Positions 36,186-44,320 of a stretch of 51,591 nucleotides of DNA are shown piece after piece. The position numbers were made by a program, and so were the translations under genes. Positions within the stretch are counted from its first letter, which is position 1. Each line of letters begins with the position of its first letter. Location: positions 1 to 51,591 of the IMG/VR virus record IMGVR_UViG_3300044820_000144. The stretch is one strand, 5' to 3'. The notes below the pieces were generated by a model. The model was not told the origin of the DNA and made no database searches. It saw nothing but the letters and a program-made list of their open reading frames with translations. The DNA comes from a virus.

Positions 36186-36265
36186 TGGATCGGGCAGGAG
36201 TCGAACCTGCACAGCCGAAGCGACACTTTTACAGAGTGCTGGGCTCGCCGATGCCCAGCCGATCC
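36186..36265 (-). tRNA. tRNA-Tyr(GTA)
   Basis: Acceptor GGATCGG/CCGATCC, A73; anticodon arm GCACT-CTGTAAA-AGTGT; long variable arm; GCAGG-TTCGACT-CCTGC. Confidence 0.9.
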
Positions 36266-36490
36266 CTGACATCTGCAATCTAGCAGCGCGCGCCAGTCCC
36301 ATTAGTGTTTCCCGCAGCCGGACGGACGTAACTCCACCGAATGTACGACTTCTGGTCATCCACCTGACCGTGTCGAGTCTTCAGCGGTTAAATCGGCACT
36401 ACGCGATCGAGGGTTGCGGATCATCAGCCCCCGCCTGCGGGCCAGTGTCGACCCCCGGCCCGCAGGCGGTTCTACGTGGGAGGCCCACCC

Positions 36491-36799
36491 ATGTTCCAGC
36501 CCGACGGACCCTGGTTGTCCAGGCCGCAATCGGTGCTCCTGATGCTCCAGCAGCTGTCGGAGGGGCTGAAGAAGCCCCTCAGCGACGAGCAGGGCGTGGC
36601 GATCCTGTGGCGCCTGGTCGACCAGCGTGAGTGCCCGATCTGCTCCGCCGGCCCCGGGCTGCTGTGCTACGTGTTCGGCGGCTTCCCGCACATCCTGCGC
36701 ACCCACCCGATCCGCCTGGTGTTGACGGACACCGAGCGCACCGCCCTGATCTGCTGGGTCCGGGACCGCCCTGATGAAATCGTCGGCGGAGAGCAATAG
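36491..36799 (+). CDS. hypothetical protein with CPIC..C..H..R zinc finger
   Basis: GGAGG RBS. Confidence 0.6.
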   Translation: MFQPDGPWLSRPQSVLLMLQQLSEGLKKPLSDEQGVAILWRLVDQRECPICSAGPGLLCYVFGGFPHILRTHPIRLVLTDTERTALICWVRDRPDEIVGGEQ

Positions 36800-36873
36800 T
36801 TGCGCGAGCGGGATTCGAACCCGCGGCCTTCGGGTTATGAGCCCGACGTGCTGCCGAACTGCACCATCGCGCC
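36800..36873 (-). tRNA. initiator-type tRNA-Met(CAT)
   Basis: TCGGG-CTCATAA-CCCGA (three G-C pairs), unpaired 1:72, GCGGG-TTCGAAT-CCCGC. Confidence 0.92.
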
Positions 36874-36912
36874 CAGCAAGGATACCGGCCGGGAGGGGAA
36901 GGGGCGAGGGCG

Positions 36913-37194
36913 ATGAACGCTCGATCTGGGCTGGACCTGTCCCGGATCCACCTGCTCGATCATTCGATCTGGCGGTGTGCACGACCGGGTGGGCGACGGG
37001 CGCACCTGGCCTGCTGGTGGCGGTACTGTGCGGCGCCCCGGTTCGCGGTCGGGATTCTGTGCGCGATCGGTCTGCATGCGCCGATGCACGTGCGCGTCGG
37101 CCACGGTCCGCGGGCTCGAAGCGTCGTGCGGTGCCGGCGCTGCTGCGAGCGCCTGGACGCCCGGTCGGTGATGTTGCCGCGTCGGACGGTGTAG
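36913..37194 (+). CDS. hypothetical basic Cys-containing protein
   Basis: GAGGG RBS; LCAIGLH...CRRC. Confidence 0.45.
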   Translation: MNARSGLDLSRIHLLDHSIWRCARPGGRRAHLACWWRYCAAPRFAVGILCAIGLHAPMHVRVGHGPRARSVVRCRRCCERLDARSVMLPRRTV

Positions 37195-37380
37195 CGGCAC
37201 TCACACTTGACGATTTCTCGTTCCGGCCGCACCCTTCCAAGTGTGGGACGGGAACCACCGCCCCACCGGGGAAAAGGGGATCAGGAAGCCGTGCGCCCCT
37301 CGGCTTCGTGTTCTTCCCCTCGCGAGACGAAGATTCACCGTCCGGAGCGTGGCACCTCGACCCGCCGCGTCTCCTTACAT

Positions 37381-37427
37381 GGACGAGCCCTCGCCCACCA
37401 TGGACGGGGGGCGAGGGCTCGTTCTTA
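37381..37427 (+). terminator. strong terminator between convergent units
   Basis: GGACGAGCCCTCGCCC...GGGCGAGGGCTCGTTC-TT. Confidence 0.65.
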
Positions 37428-37431
37428 AAAC

Positions 37432-37866
37432 CTACCGGCGTTCCCCCGTGTATGCCTGCTCGTCCGGCGCCTGGACCCTGTCGCCGGTCTGCGGGGGCGT
37501 CGGATCCGTGTAGTCCGGGCATTCCCTGTCGGCCAGAGGAGAGTCCTTCATCCAGCCGTAGTGGCGGCGGAACACCTTTCCGCACGTGGAGCACAATTCG
37601 ACGTGGCTGCATTCGTAGTAGGGCTCCTCGCCCCAGCGGTTCACGTACTCCAGCTTTCGCCACCCGCAGGGCCGGCGCCGGTAGTCGTTGGCGGGGACCT
37701 CGATGACCAGCGTGTGCTTGCGGCCGGTCTTGCCCTTGCACCAGCTGCGCGTGTTCTTCGAGGACGAGCGGCGGCGATGGGTGGGGCTGGTGTCCACGTC
37801 ATGGCGGAAGGGCTGCTCGTCACCGGATTCCGGTGCGGCGGCCACCTCCTGGCGGCGGTTGGTCAT
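37432..37866 (-). CDS. hypothetical protein (WCKGK.GR.H, Cys-rich)
   Basis: AGGAGGAG RBS, ATG 37866. Confidence 0.65.
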   Translation of the reverse strand: MTNRRQEVAAAPESGDEQPFRHDVDTSPTHRRRSSSKNTRSWCKGKTGRKHTLVIEVPANDYRRRPCGWRKLEYVNRWGEEPYYECSHVELCSTCGKVFRRHYGWMKDSPLADRECPDYTDPTPPQTGDRVQAPDEQAYTGERR

Positions 37867-37892
37867 GGCTCCTCCTGATGGGCTGATCTCAG

Positions 37893-38384
37893 TCAGGGAA
37901 CGGGGTCGGAGAGGAACTCGGGGGCAGCCCAGCCGAGCGCGGCCATCTTCGCGACGGTGGCGGGCTTTCGGGGTGCGCGCAGGCCCACGGCGACCAGCTC
38001 GGCCACCGTCTCTTGCTGCAGCTGCAGGAAGGGCAGCAGGGCGGCCAGGACGACGGTCGCGCGGGCTCCGGACAGGCTCCACCGTCCGGAGGAGGACTGG
38101 ATGTGCACGTGCGCCTGGGGGCAGTGCACGGTGCAGCCGTTGCGCTGGTAGTCGCGTCGCACTTTCGTGACGCTGGTCCCGGTGAGGGCGGCGAGGCGCT
38201 CCAGGAGCGCCAGGTTCGGGCAGTTGATCTCAAGGAGGGGGAGCAGTGTCTCCCCGCGCACCTCCCGCAGTCGCACGGATCCCATGACGTCCACGACGCC
38301 GGCGAACCACGCCAGCTCCCGGTCGGTCAGGGGGGTGGTCGAGCCGGTTCTTTCGGGGTTCGGGTCCGCCGACGTATCGATCAT
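37893..38384 (-). CDS. LAGLIDADG-like protein, degenerate active site
   Basis: ELAWFAGVVDVMGSV helix, LEINCPNLALLERL, RWSLSG..A..VL..LLPFL. Confidence 0.7.
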   Translation of the reverse strand: MIDTSADPNPERTGSTTPLTDRELAWFAGVVDVMGSVRLREVRGETLLPLLEINCPNLALLERLAALTGTSVTKVRRDYQRNGCTVHCPQAHVHIQSSSGRWSLSGARATVVLAALLPFLQLQQETVAELVAVGLRAPRKPATVAKMAALGWAAPEFLSDPVP

Positions 38385-38411
38385 TGGACGTCCCGTGATG
38401 AAGGAAGTGCC

Positions 38412-38879
38412 ATGCCGATCATCCCGCCCATGCCCCCGGACACCGCGACGCGGATGGTGGCACTGCTGCAGCCGGCGATGACGGAGATGATCGAGCTGTC
38501 GCTGCTGGCGAAGATGGGGCACTGGTGCATGCAGGGCCACATCTCCTTCGTGGCGGTGCACCGGTTCATGGACGAGTTGGTCGACTTCGCCCGCGACGAG
38601 TACGACACCCTCGCCGAGCGGATCATCCAGCTGGGGCAGTTCCCGGACGGCCGGCTGGCCACGGTCGCGGCCCGTGCGGGTCTGCGTCCGTTCGAGCCCG
38701 AGGCGATCAGCCCGGCCGCCGTGCCGGCTGCGATCGTGCCGAACCTTCTGGTCCTGGCCCGGCGCAACCACGAGCGGTCCGTCCAGGCGGCCGAGGACCC
38801 GATCACCCAGAACATCCTGATCGACGTGTCCCAGCAGCTGGACAAGCTGTGCTGGTTCTGGCAGGCCAGCCAGAGCTGA
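38412..38879 (+). CDS. dps: Dps/ferritin-like DNA protection protein
   Basis: KMGHWCMQG, F.AVHRFMDE, YDTLAERIIQLG, DPITQN, LDKLCWF. Confidence 0.88.
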   Translation: MPIIPPMPPDTATRMVALLQPAMTEMIELSLLAKMGHWCMQGHISFVAVHRFMDELVDFARDEYDTLAERIIQLGQFPDGRLATVAARAGLRPFEPEAISPAAVPAAIVPNLLVLARRNHERSVQAAEDPITQNILIDVSQQLDKLCWFWQASQS

Positions 38880-38892
38880 ACGCCGGGCCCGG

Positions 38893-39294
38893 TCAGCCAC
38901 TGGCCTGCCGCTGCTTTATCCTGCGCTGCCTCATGTAGGCGGCATGGGCGCCGCGGCACTCGTCGCAGCGGCACCCACGCCCGTAGGAGGCGTTCGTGCC
39001 GCACGGCGAAGGGGTGGCGCGCGGCGCCAACGGGCGGCCGTCGCGTTGAGCCTCGTCGGCGCGGCGTGCCTCGTTGCAGGGACCGCACCGGCACCCCCAG
39101 TTCGTGTACCCCCCGATAGTGCCGTGCACCCACTCGGGCACCGGCGTGGCCTTGCGGGCCGCCCGCTGTGCCGCAGCGGCCTCGGCGTTGGCGCGACGGC
39201 AGTCCGGGCCCCGGCAGCCGAGGTTGGCGTAGCCGTTGGCCGTGCCGTGCCTGGGGTCCCCGTCCCCGGGGACGATGCGGGAGCGCGTGGTCAC
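38893..39294 (-). CDS. protein with three HGT-x-x-Y-x-G-CRC-x-x-C repeats
   Basis: HGTANGYANLGCRGPDC, HGTIGGYTNWGCRCGPC, CGTNASYGRGCRCDEC. Confidence 0.75.
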   Translation of the reverse strand: MTTRSRIVPGDGDPRHGTANGYANLGCRGPDCRRANAEAAAAQRAARKATPVPEWVHGTIGGYTNWGCRCGPCNEARRADEAQRDGRPLAPRATPSPCGTNASYGRGCRCDECRGAHAAYMRQRRIKQRQASG

Positions 39295-39304
39295 TGGTGC
39301 GGCC

Positions 39305-40042
39305 TTACGGGCAGACGCGACCGCTGGCGTCGAACGCGGCGTGGGTCAGGGGCATCAGCTCGCGCCACAGCGCCTCCATCTGCTCGGCGACCATCTCGAT
39401 CTCGCGTTGCGGTGCGGACGGGTAGGCCGCCTCGGGCCGGTGGGTGCGCAGCGACAGGAAGTTCATGAGCGCGCGGGCGTTCATCGTGACGAACGCCGTG
39501 GAGATGATGTTCACCGGCAACACCATCCGGGCCACCTCGCGGGCGATCCCTTCGGCCAACAGTTGCTGGTAGGTGGTGTAGGCGATGCGCGACACCCGCC
39601 GGATCCCGGTGTTGGTGATGTTCGACTGGTGCTCGCTGCCGGCCACCAGCTGCGGGTGCGCCGACGTCCCGGCCTGCTGCAGGTTGCGGCCGGGGCCGGG
39701 CACGTAGAACTTGGGGTCTAGCTGCTTGTACCGGGCCGACTCTTCGTTGTAGCTCGTCGCGATCCGGTGGCGCATGAACTCCCTCCACACGAAGATCGGC
39801 GCGGAGATCATGAAGGTCATCACGTTGTGCTCGAACGGCGACCCGTGCCGGGCCCGCATCAGGTAGCGGATCAGCCCGGCGTCCGCTGCGGTGGCCTCCG
39901 CGGTGCGGGGGGCGCTGCGGTCCCCGACGGTGGAGACGCGGGCGGCCTGCACGACGCTGGTGTCGCTCGCCTCGTGCGCGACCAGGCGGACGACCATCTC
40001 GGAGGTGAACACCAGGGCGCCTTCGACGTCGATCGGGTTCAC
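39305..40042 (-). CDS. thyX: FAD-dependent thymidylate synthase
   Basis: AARVS, HGSPFEH, MRHRIATSYNEESARY, EVARMVLP, NFLSLR, QREI. Confidence 0.96.
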   Translation of the reverse strand: MNPIDVEGALVFTSEMVVRLVAHEASDTSVVQAARVSTVGDRSAPRTAEATAADAGLIRYLMRARHGSPFEHNVMTFMISAPIFVWREFMRHRIATSYNEESARYKQLDPKFYVPGPGRNLQQAGTSAHPQLVAGSEHQSNITNTGIRRVSRIAYTTYQQLLAEGIAREVARMVLPVNIISTAFVTMNARALMNFLSLRTHRPEAAYPSAPQREIEMVAEQMEALWRELMPLTHAAFDASGRVCP

Positions 40043-40353
40043 GACGCCTCCGGGGGCGTCGTGGCGGTCACGGTGAGGGCTGCGGCCTCGAAGCCGCACG
40101 CGGCGTACCCGGCGATGTCGATCCAGCTGTCCATCTTCAGCGGGTTCCAGGTGAGCCGCGAAGACTTCAGAATGATCATCATCATGGCGACGTGGTGTGC
40201 GCTGATCGGCCCCTCGTCGGGGGCGCGGAATCCGAGGGCGGTGAGGGCGTCCGCGGTCCGCTGGAAATCCTGGTGCGGTGGCCCGTAGCTATTGTTGCGG
40301 TCCTCCAATACTGCGCTCCTGGCTGCGTCGAGCACCTCGGCCCTTTGGTTCAC
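40039..40353 (-). CDS. DUF6378-like phage protein
   Basis: DRNNSYGPP..DF..TA, VAMMM..LK.SR, DSWIDIAGYAACG. Confidence 0.75.
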   Translation of the reverse strand: MNQRAEVLDAARSAVLEDRNNSYGPPHQDFQRTADALTALGFRAPDEGPISAHHVAMMMIILKSSRLTWNPLKMDSWIDIAGYAACGFEAAALTVTATTPPEAS

Positions 40354-40606
40354 TCGTCCATCCTCCGTTGAGCGGATAACCGCAGGTCACAGGCTATGCA
40401 GACACGTTTCGTGTCCGGATGGTGACCGACGCTACAGCACGGAGATGCCGCATGGGCGTGCATCGCGTTGACACTGGTGATTGTGCGAGACGACACTGGA
40501 TTGGGTCGCCCAGCGCGGGAGCATCCTGTCGACCGAAACCCTCCATACGGCCGATACTCGCGCTGGGCGACCCCGTTCTAAGAGGGCTTGGGTCGAGCAT
40601 GGTCGG

Positions 40607-40936
40607 ATGGACGAACTGGACGTCGAAGCAGCCCCGGTGGATTCCCAGAAGGAACGGCTGGAGAGCTTCGTCACCGAGCTGATGCTCATCACCCGCAAGT
40701 ACCGGATCCTGCTGAACGACCGGGGCGAGACGGTCGAGATCCTCGACATGGACTCCGGCACCCTGATCGGCCTCGGCCTGGCGGTCTTCACCGCCCCCGA
40801 CGACGACCACCGGGTCATCTGCTACGTGCCGGCCGACTCCATCCTCGACGGCGTCTGGCCCGTCGAGGGCCCCGACGGACCCGTCGAGCAACGCCACGTG
40901 CAGAACGTGTTCCCGCTGCGGGACCCCCCGTCCTGA
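40607..40936 (+). CDS. hypothetical acidic protein (probably leaderless)
   Basis: GAGCAT-6nt-ATG; coding-like codon usage. Confidence 0.6.
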   Translation: MDELDVEAAPVDSQKERLESFVTELMLITRKYRILLNDRGETVEILDMDSGTLIGLGLAVFTAPDDDHRVICYVPADSILDGVWPVEGPDGPVEQRHVQNVFPLRDPPS

Positions 40937-41012
40937 CGTTCACTCCCCACGAGCCCCTCCCGATCCAGGAACCGCCGGCGAACGCGCCGGACTGGATCCG
41001 GAGGGGCTACCC

Positions 41013-41165
41013 GTGGGCGATCACTCGTACAGGCTGCCGGCGGTCCCGGGCGCCGGCCCACCCGACGTCGACTACATCCCCCACCAGGACCATTCCTACG
41101 AAGACGCGGACTGCCTCGACCCTGACCTGGCCCGCGCCGACCCTGCCGCGCAGGCTCCGGCGTGA
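41013..41165 (+). CDS. 50-aa acidic peptide coupled to endolysin (not in ORF track)
   Basis: GGAGG RBS, GTGA overlap with 41162. Confidence 0.45.
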   Translation: MGDHSYRLPAVPGAGPPDVDYIPHQDHSYEDADCLDPDLARADPAAQAPA

Positions 41166-41917
41166 GCGCCACCGCCACCGGCATGTTGAATGTCTGCCGG
41201 TCCCAGCTGGGCTTCGTCGAAGGCCCGAACAACGACACGAAGTACGGGATCTGGTACGGCGCCAACCACGAGCCGTACTGCGCGATGGGCTTGTCGTGGT
41301 GCGGGGCCGCGGCCGGCGCCACCGACATCCTGCTCGGCCGGTACGCCTACTGCCCGTACTGGGTGACCGCCTGGCAGCACGCCGGGCAGTGGATTTCCTG
41401 GGACCGGACCCCTTACCCGGGCGACATCGTCTTCTTCGACTGGACCGGCGGGCACGGCCTGGCCGAACACGTCGGCATCGTGGAGAGCGCGAACGCCGGG
41501 GTGCTGACCACCATCGAGTTCAACACCTCGATCGGGTCCGGGCCGGGCGGCTGCTACCGGCGCCGGCGAGACACCAGCGTCGTGGCCGGCTACGGGCGCC
41601 CGAAGTACCTGCCGCAGACCTCTCCGGTGCCCGTGCCCAACCCCGGGCCCCGCCCCCCGGTCCCACTCATCGTCGACGGCGTGTGGGGACCGGCGACCAC
41701 CGGGCGGCTGCAGATGTGGCTGGGCCTGACCCCCACCGGGGTCATCGACGTGGCCACCCGGGTCGCGCTGCAACGCCGCCTCGGCGTCGGCGGGGACGGC
41801 CTCTGGGGGCCGATCACCCACCGTGCGTTGCAACGGATGCTTGGTGTGGAGCAGGACGGCATCTGGGGCCCGGAGACCGTTCGCGCGTTGCAACGGTTCC
41901 TGAACGGATCGAAGTGA
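41162..41917 (+). CDS. endolysin: CHAP peptidase plus peptidoglycan-binding repeats
   Basis: PYCAMGLSW, PGDIVFFDW, HVGIVE, TIEFNT; repeated DGxWGPxT..ALQ. Confidence 0.9.
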   Translation: MSATATGMLNVCRSQLGFVEGPNNDTKYGIWYGANHEPYCAMGLSWCGAAAGATDILLGRYAYCPYWVTAWQHAGQWISWDRTPYPGDIVFFDWTGGHGLAEHVGIVESANAGVLTTIEFNTSIGSGPGGCYRRRRDTSVVAGYGRPKYLPQTSPVPVPNPGPRPPVPLIVDGVWGPATTGRLQMWLGLTPTGVIDVATRVALQRRLGVGGDGLWGPITHRALQRMLGVEQDGIWGPETVRALQRFLNGSK

Positions 41918-41923
41918 GGCCCG

Positions 41924-42145
41924 GTGGCCGGCTCCTGGCGGGTCGCCCCGTCCGGGACGGTGCTGCGCTGGTGGGACGACTGCGGCTGGTGGGGCCCTGA
42001 TGTCGCCCAGCTCGGCACCCGCCCCCCACCGCCCCCGGTCCATCGGCGCCAGCCACACACCCCGGTCATCAGCCTGCCCGCCACCCGCCAGTTGCTGATG
42101 CCGTGGGCGTCCATTGCCGCCCCGCTGCCGTCGAAGAGGCGGTAG
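41924..42145 (+). CDS. hypothetical protein
   Basis: GAGG RBS, fills gap in structural operon. Confidence 0.4.
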   Translation: MAGSWRVAPSGTVLRWWDDCGWWGPDVAQLGTRPPPPPVHRRQPHTPVISLPATRQLLMPWASIAAPLPSKRR

Positions 42146-42190
42146 CGCAGCCCGCGACGGGCTGGCTTCTCCACGATCGGAGGTGACCGC

Positions 42191-42682
42191 GTGACCGAAC
42201 TGCCGGCCCTCTCAGCGGTCGCTCCCTGGCCGGCCGGCTCGACGTCCTACCCGGCCGCCCAGGACGCCTTCATCGCGTTGGAGGAGGGCCAGCTTGCCAA
42301 GAACATCAACGACATCACGGCGTCCATCCTGGCGATCGAAGCGACCCTGGGTGCCAACCCGGCCGGAGCCCACCCGTCCATCAAGGCCGCCCTGGACGGA
42401 CTCAACGCGACCCTGTCGACCCTGCAGGCCACCCAGCTGAACCTCGTCTCCGAGGTCGCCACGCTCAGTGCCACCCCCGGTCCGCCGAACAGCTTCTACC
42501 GATTCACCCAAGGCACTCCGGCGTTGGTCTGGACCATCACCCATCCCCTGGGACGGTTCCCGTCGGTCACCGTCGTCGACTCGGCCGGAACCGTCGTGGA
42601 AGGCGAGATCGACTACTTGTCGGATTCCCAGCTCACCATCACGTTCTCCTCCGCGTTCGCCGGGGAAGCCGCGCTCTCCTAG
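42191..42682 (+). CDS. putative virion/tail fibre-associated protein
   Basis: GGAGG RBS; WTITHPLGRFPSVTVVDS H-type-lectin-like C terminus. Confidence 0.7.
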   Translation: MTELPALSAVAPWPAGSTSYPAAQDAFIALEEGQLAKNINDITASILAIEATLGANPAGAHPSIKAALDGLNATLSTLQATQLNLVSEVATLSATPGPPNSFYRFTQGTPALVWTITHPLGRFPSVTVVDSAGTVVEGEIDYLSDSQLTITFSSAFAGEAALS

Positions 42683-42769
42683 CGCCTGCATTTCCCTCTG
42701 CGGGGCGACGACGTCCAGGTCAGCGGCCCCCACGTCCGGGGCTCCCCGTCCCGGCACGAGGTGGACAAG

Positions 42770-44047
42770 ATGCCAAAGTACCTGGCCCCGATCGACCTGC
42801 AGAAGAACGAGCTGCGCAACGCGCGAGTGCAGAACCTCGCCTCGGCGCCCAGCTCCCCGGTCTCCGGTCAGCTGTACTACGACTCGACGGCCAACATCCT
42901 CTACTTCTGGGACGGGTCGGCCTGGTGCCCGACGGCCAAGGGCGCCGCCGGCGGTGACCTGACCGGCAACTACCCCAACCCCGCCGTCGCGGCCGGAGCC
43001 ATCACCAACAGCAAGATCAGCGCCTCGGCGGGCATCTCGCTCAGCAAGCTGGCCGTCGACCCGCTCGCGCGGGCCAACCACACCGGCACCCAGCTGGCCG
43101 CCACGATCAGCGACTTCCACACCGCGGTCATCACCACCCGCCTGGACGAGCTGGTCGCCCCCAACTCCGCGGTGAGCTGGAACTCGCAGAAGATCACCGG
43201 ACTGGGCGACCCCACCGCCCCCCAGGACGCGGCGACCAAGGCCTACGTGGACGCCACGGCCCAGGGCCTGGACGTCAAGTCTTCGGTCCGCGCCGCCTCG
43301 ACCGCCAGCATCACCATCTCTGGCGTCCAGACCATCGACGGCGTCACTCTCGTCGCTGGCGACCGGGTCCTGCTGAAGGACCAGTCAACGGCCTCGGCCA
43401 ACGGCATCTACGTGGTCGCCTCCGGCGCCTGGGCCCGCGCCGCCGACGCCTCCACCTCCGCGCAGGTCACCGCGGGCATGTACACCTTCGTCGAGGAAGG
43501 CACCGTCAACGCCGACTCCGGCTGGGTGCTGACCACCGACAACCCGATCACCCTCGGCACCACCGGGCTGGCGTTCACCCAGTTCACCGGCACCGGGCAG
43601 ATCCAGGCGGGCGCCGGCCTCACCAAGTCCGGCAACGTCCTGGACGTCGTCGGCACCACCGGGCGCATCACCGTCGCCTCGGACTCGATCGACATCGCCT
43701 CCACCTACGTCGGCCAGTCCTCGATCACCACCCTGGGCACCATCACCACCGGCGTGTGGAACGGCACCACCATCGCCGTCGCCAACGGCGGCACCGGCGC
43801 CACCACCGCGGTCGGAGCCCGGGGCAACCTCGGCGCCACCGGCAAGTACGCGATCAACAACGGTGGTACCACCACCGACACGGTCACCCACAACCTGAAC
43901 AGCCTCGACGTCGTCGTTGCCGTCCGCGACATCTCCACCGGTCAGATCGTCGAGGCCGACATGTACGTCACGGACGCCAACACGGTCACCGTCCAGTACG
44001 CCACCGCCCCGTCCACCGGCACCCTGCGCATCGTGGTCATCGGCTGA
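42770..44047 (+). CDS. putative tail fibre/virion structural protein
   Basis: GQLYYDS, AGGDLTGNYPNP, QDAATKAYVD, GDRVLLKDQ..ANGIY, VANGGTGAT, VTHNLNS. Confidence 0.8.
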   Translation: MPKYLAPIDLQKNELRNARVQNLASAPSSPVSGQLYYDSTANILYFWDGSAWCPTAKGAAGGDLTGNYPNPAVAAGAITNSKISASAGISLSKLAVDPLARANHTGTQLAATISDFHTAVITTRLDELVAPNSAVSWNSQKITGLGDPTAPQDAATKAYVDATAQGLDVKSSVRAASTASITISGVQTIDGVTLVAGDRVLLKDQSTASANGIYVVASGAWARAADASTSAQVTAGMYTFVEEGTVNADSGWVLTTDNPITLGTTGLAFTQFTGTGQIQAGAGLTKSGNVLDVVGTTGRITVASDSIDIASTYVGQSSITTLGTITTGVWNGTTIAVANGGTGATTAVGARGNLGATGKYAINNGGTTTDTVTHNLNSLDVVVAVRDISTGQIVEADMYVTDANTVTVQYATAPSTGTLRIVVIG

Positions 44048-44050
44048 TCC

Positions 44051-44320
44051 GTGAAGCTGCTGGCGACCCTGCGGCTTCTGGTCTCATCCGTCGCTCCCAC
44101 CGGCGGGGCGACCCAGGGAGCGGTCTACTACGACTCGGCCGACAACGCGCCCCGCTATTACGACGGCACCCAGTGGGTCGACTTCAACCAGCTCGGATTC
44201 CCCGACCCCGCCATTGCGGCGATCGTCCCCGACGGCCGCCAGGTCATCTACTTCGACAAGTTCACCAATGACGGAGTGCTGACCATCAACGGAACCGGAA
44301 CCCTGATCGGAATGGTCTGA
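44051..44320 (+). CDS. small virion-associated protein
   Basis: GAVYYDS..YYDGTQW motif paralogous to N terminus of previous gene. Confidence 0.6.
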   Translation: MKLLATLRLLVSSVAPTGGATQGAVYYDSADNAPRYYDGTQWVDFNQLGFPDPAIAAIVPDGRQVIYFDKFTNDGVLTINGTGTLIGMV

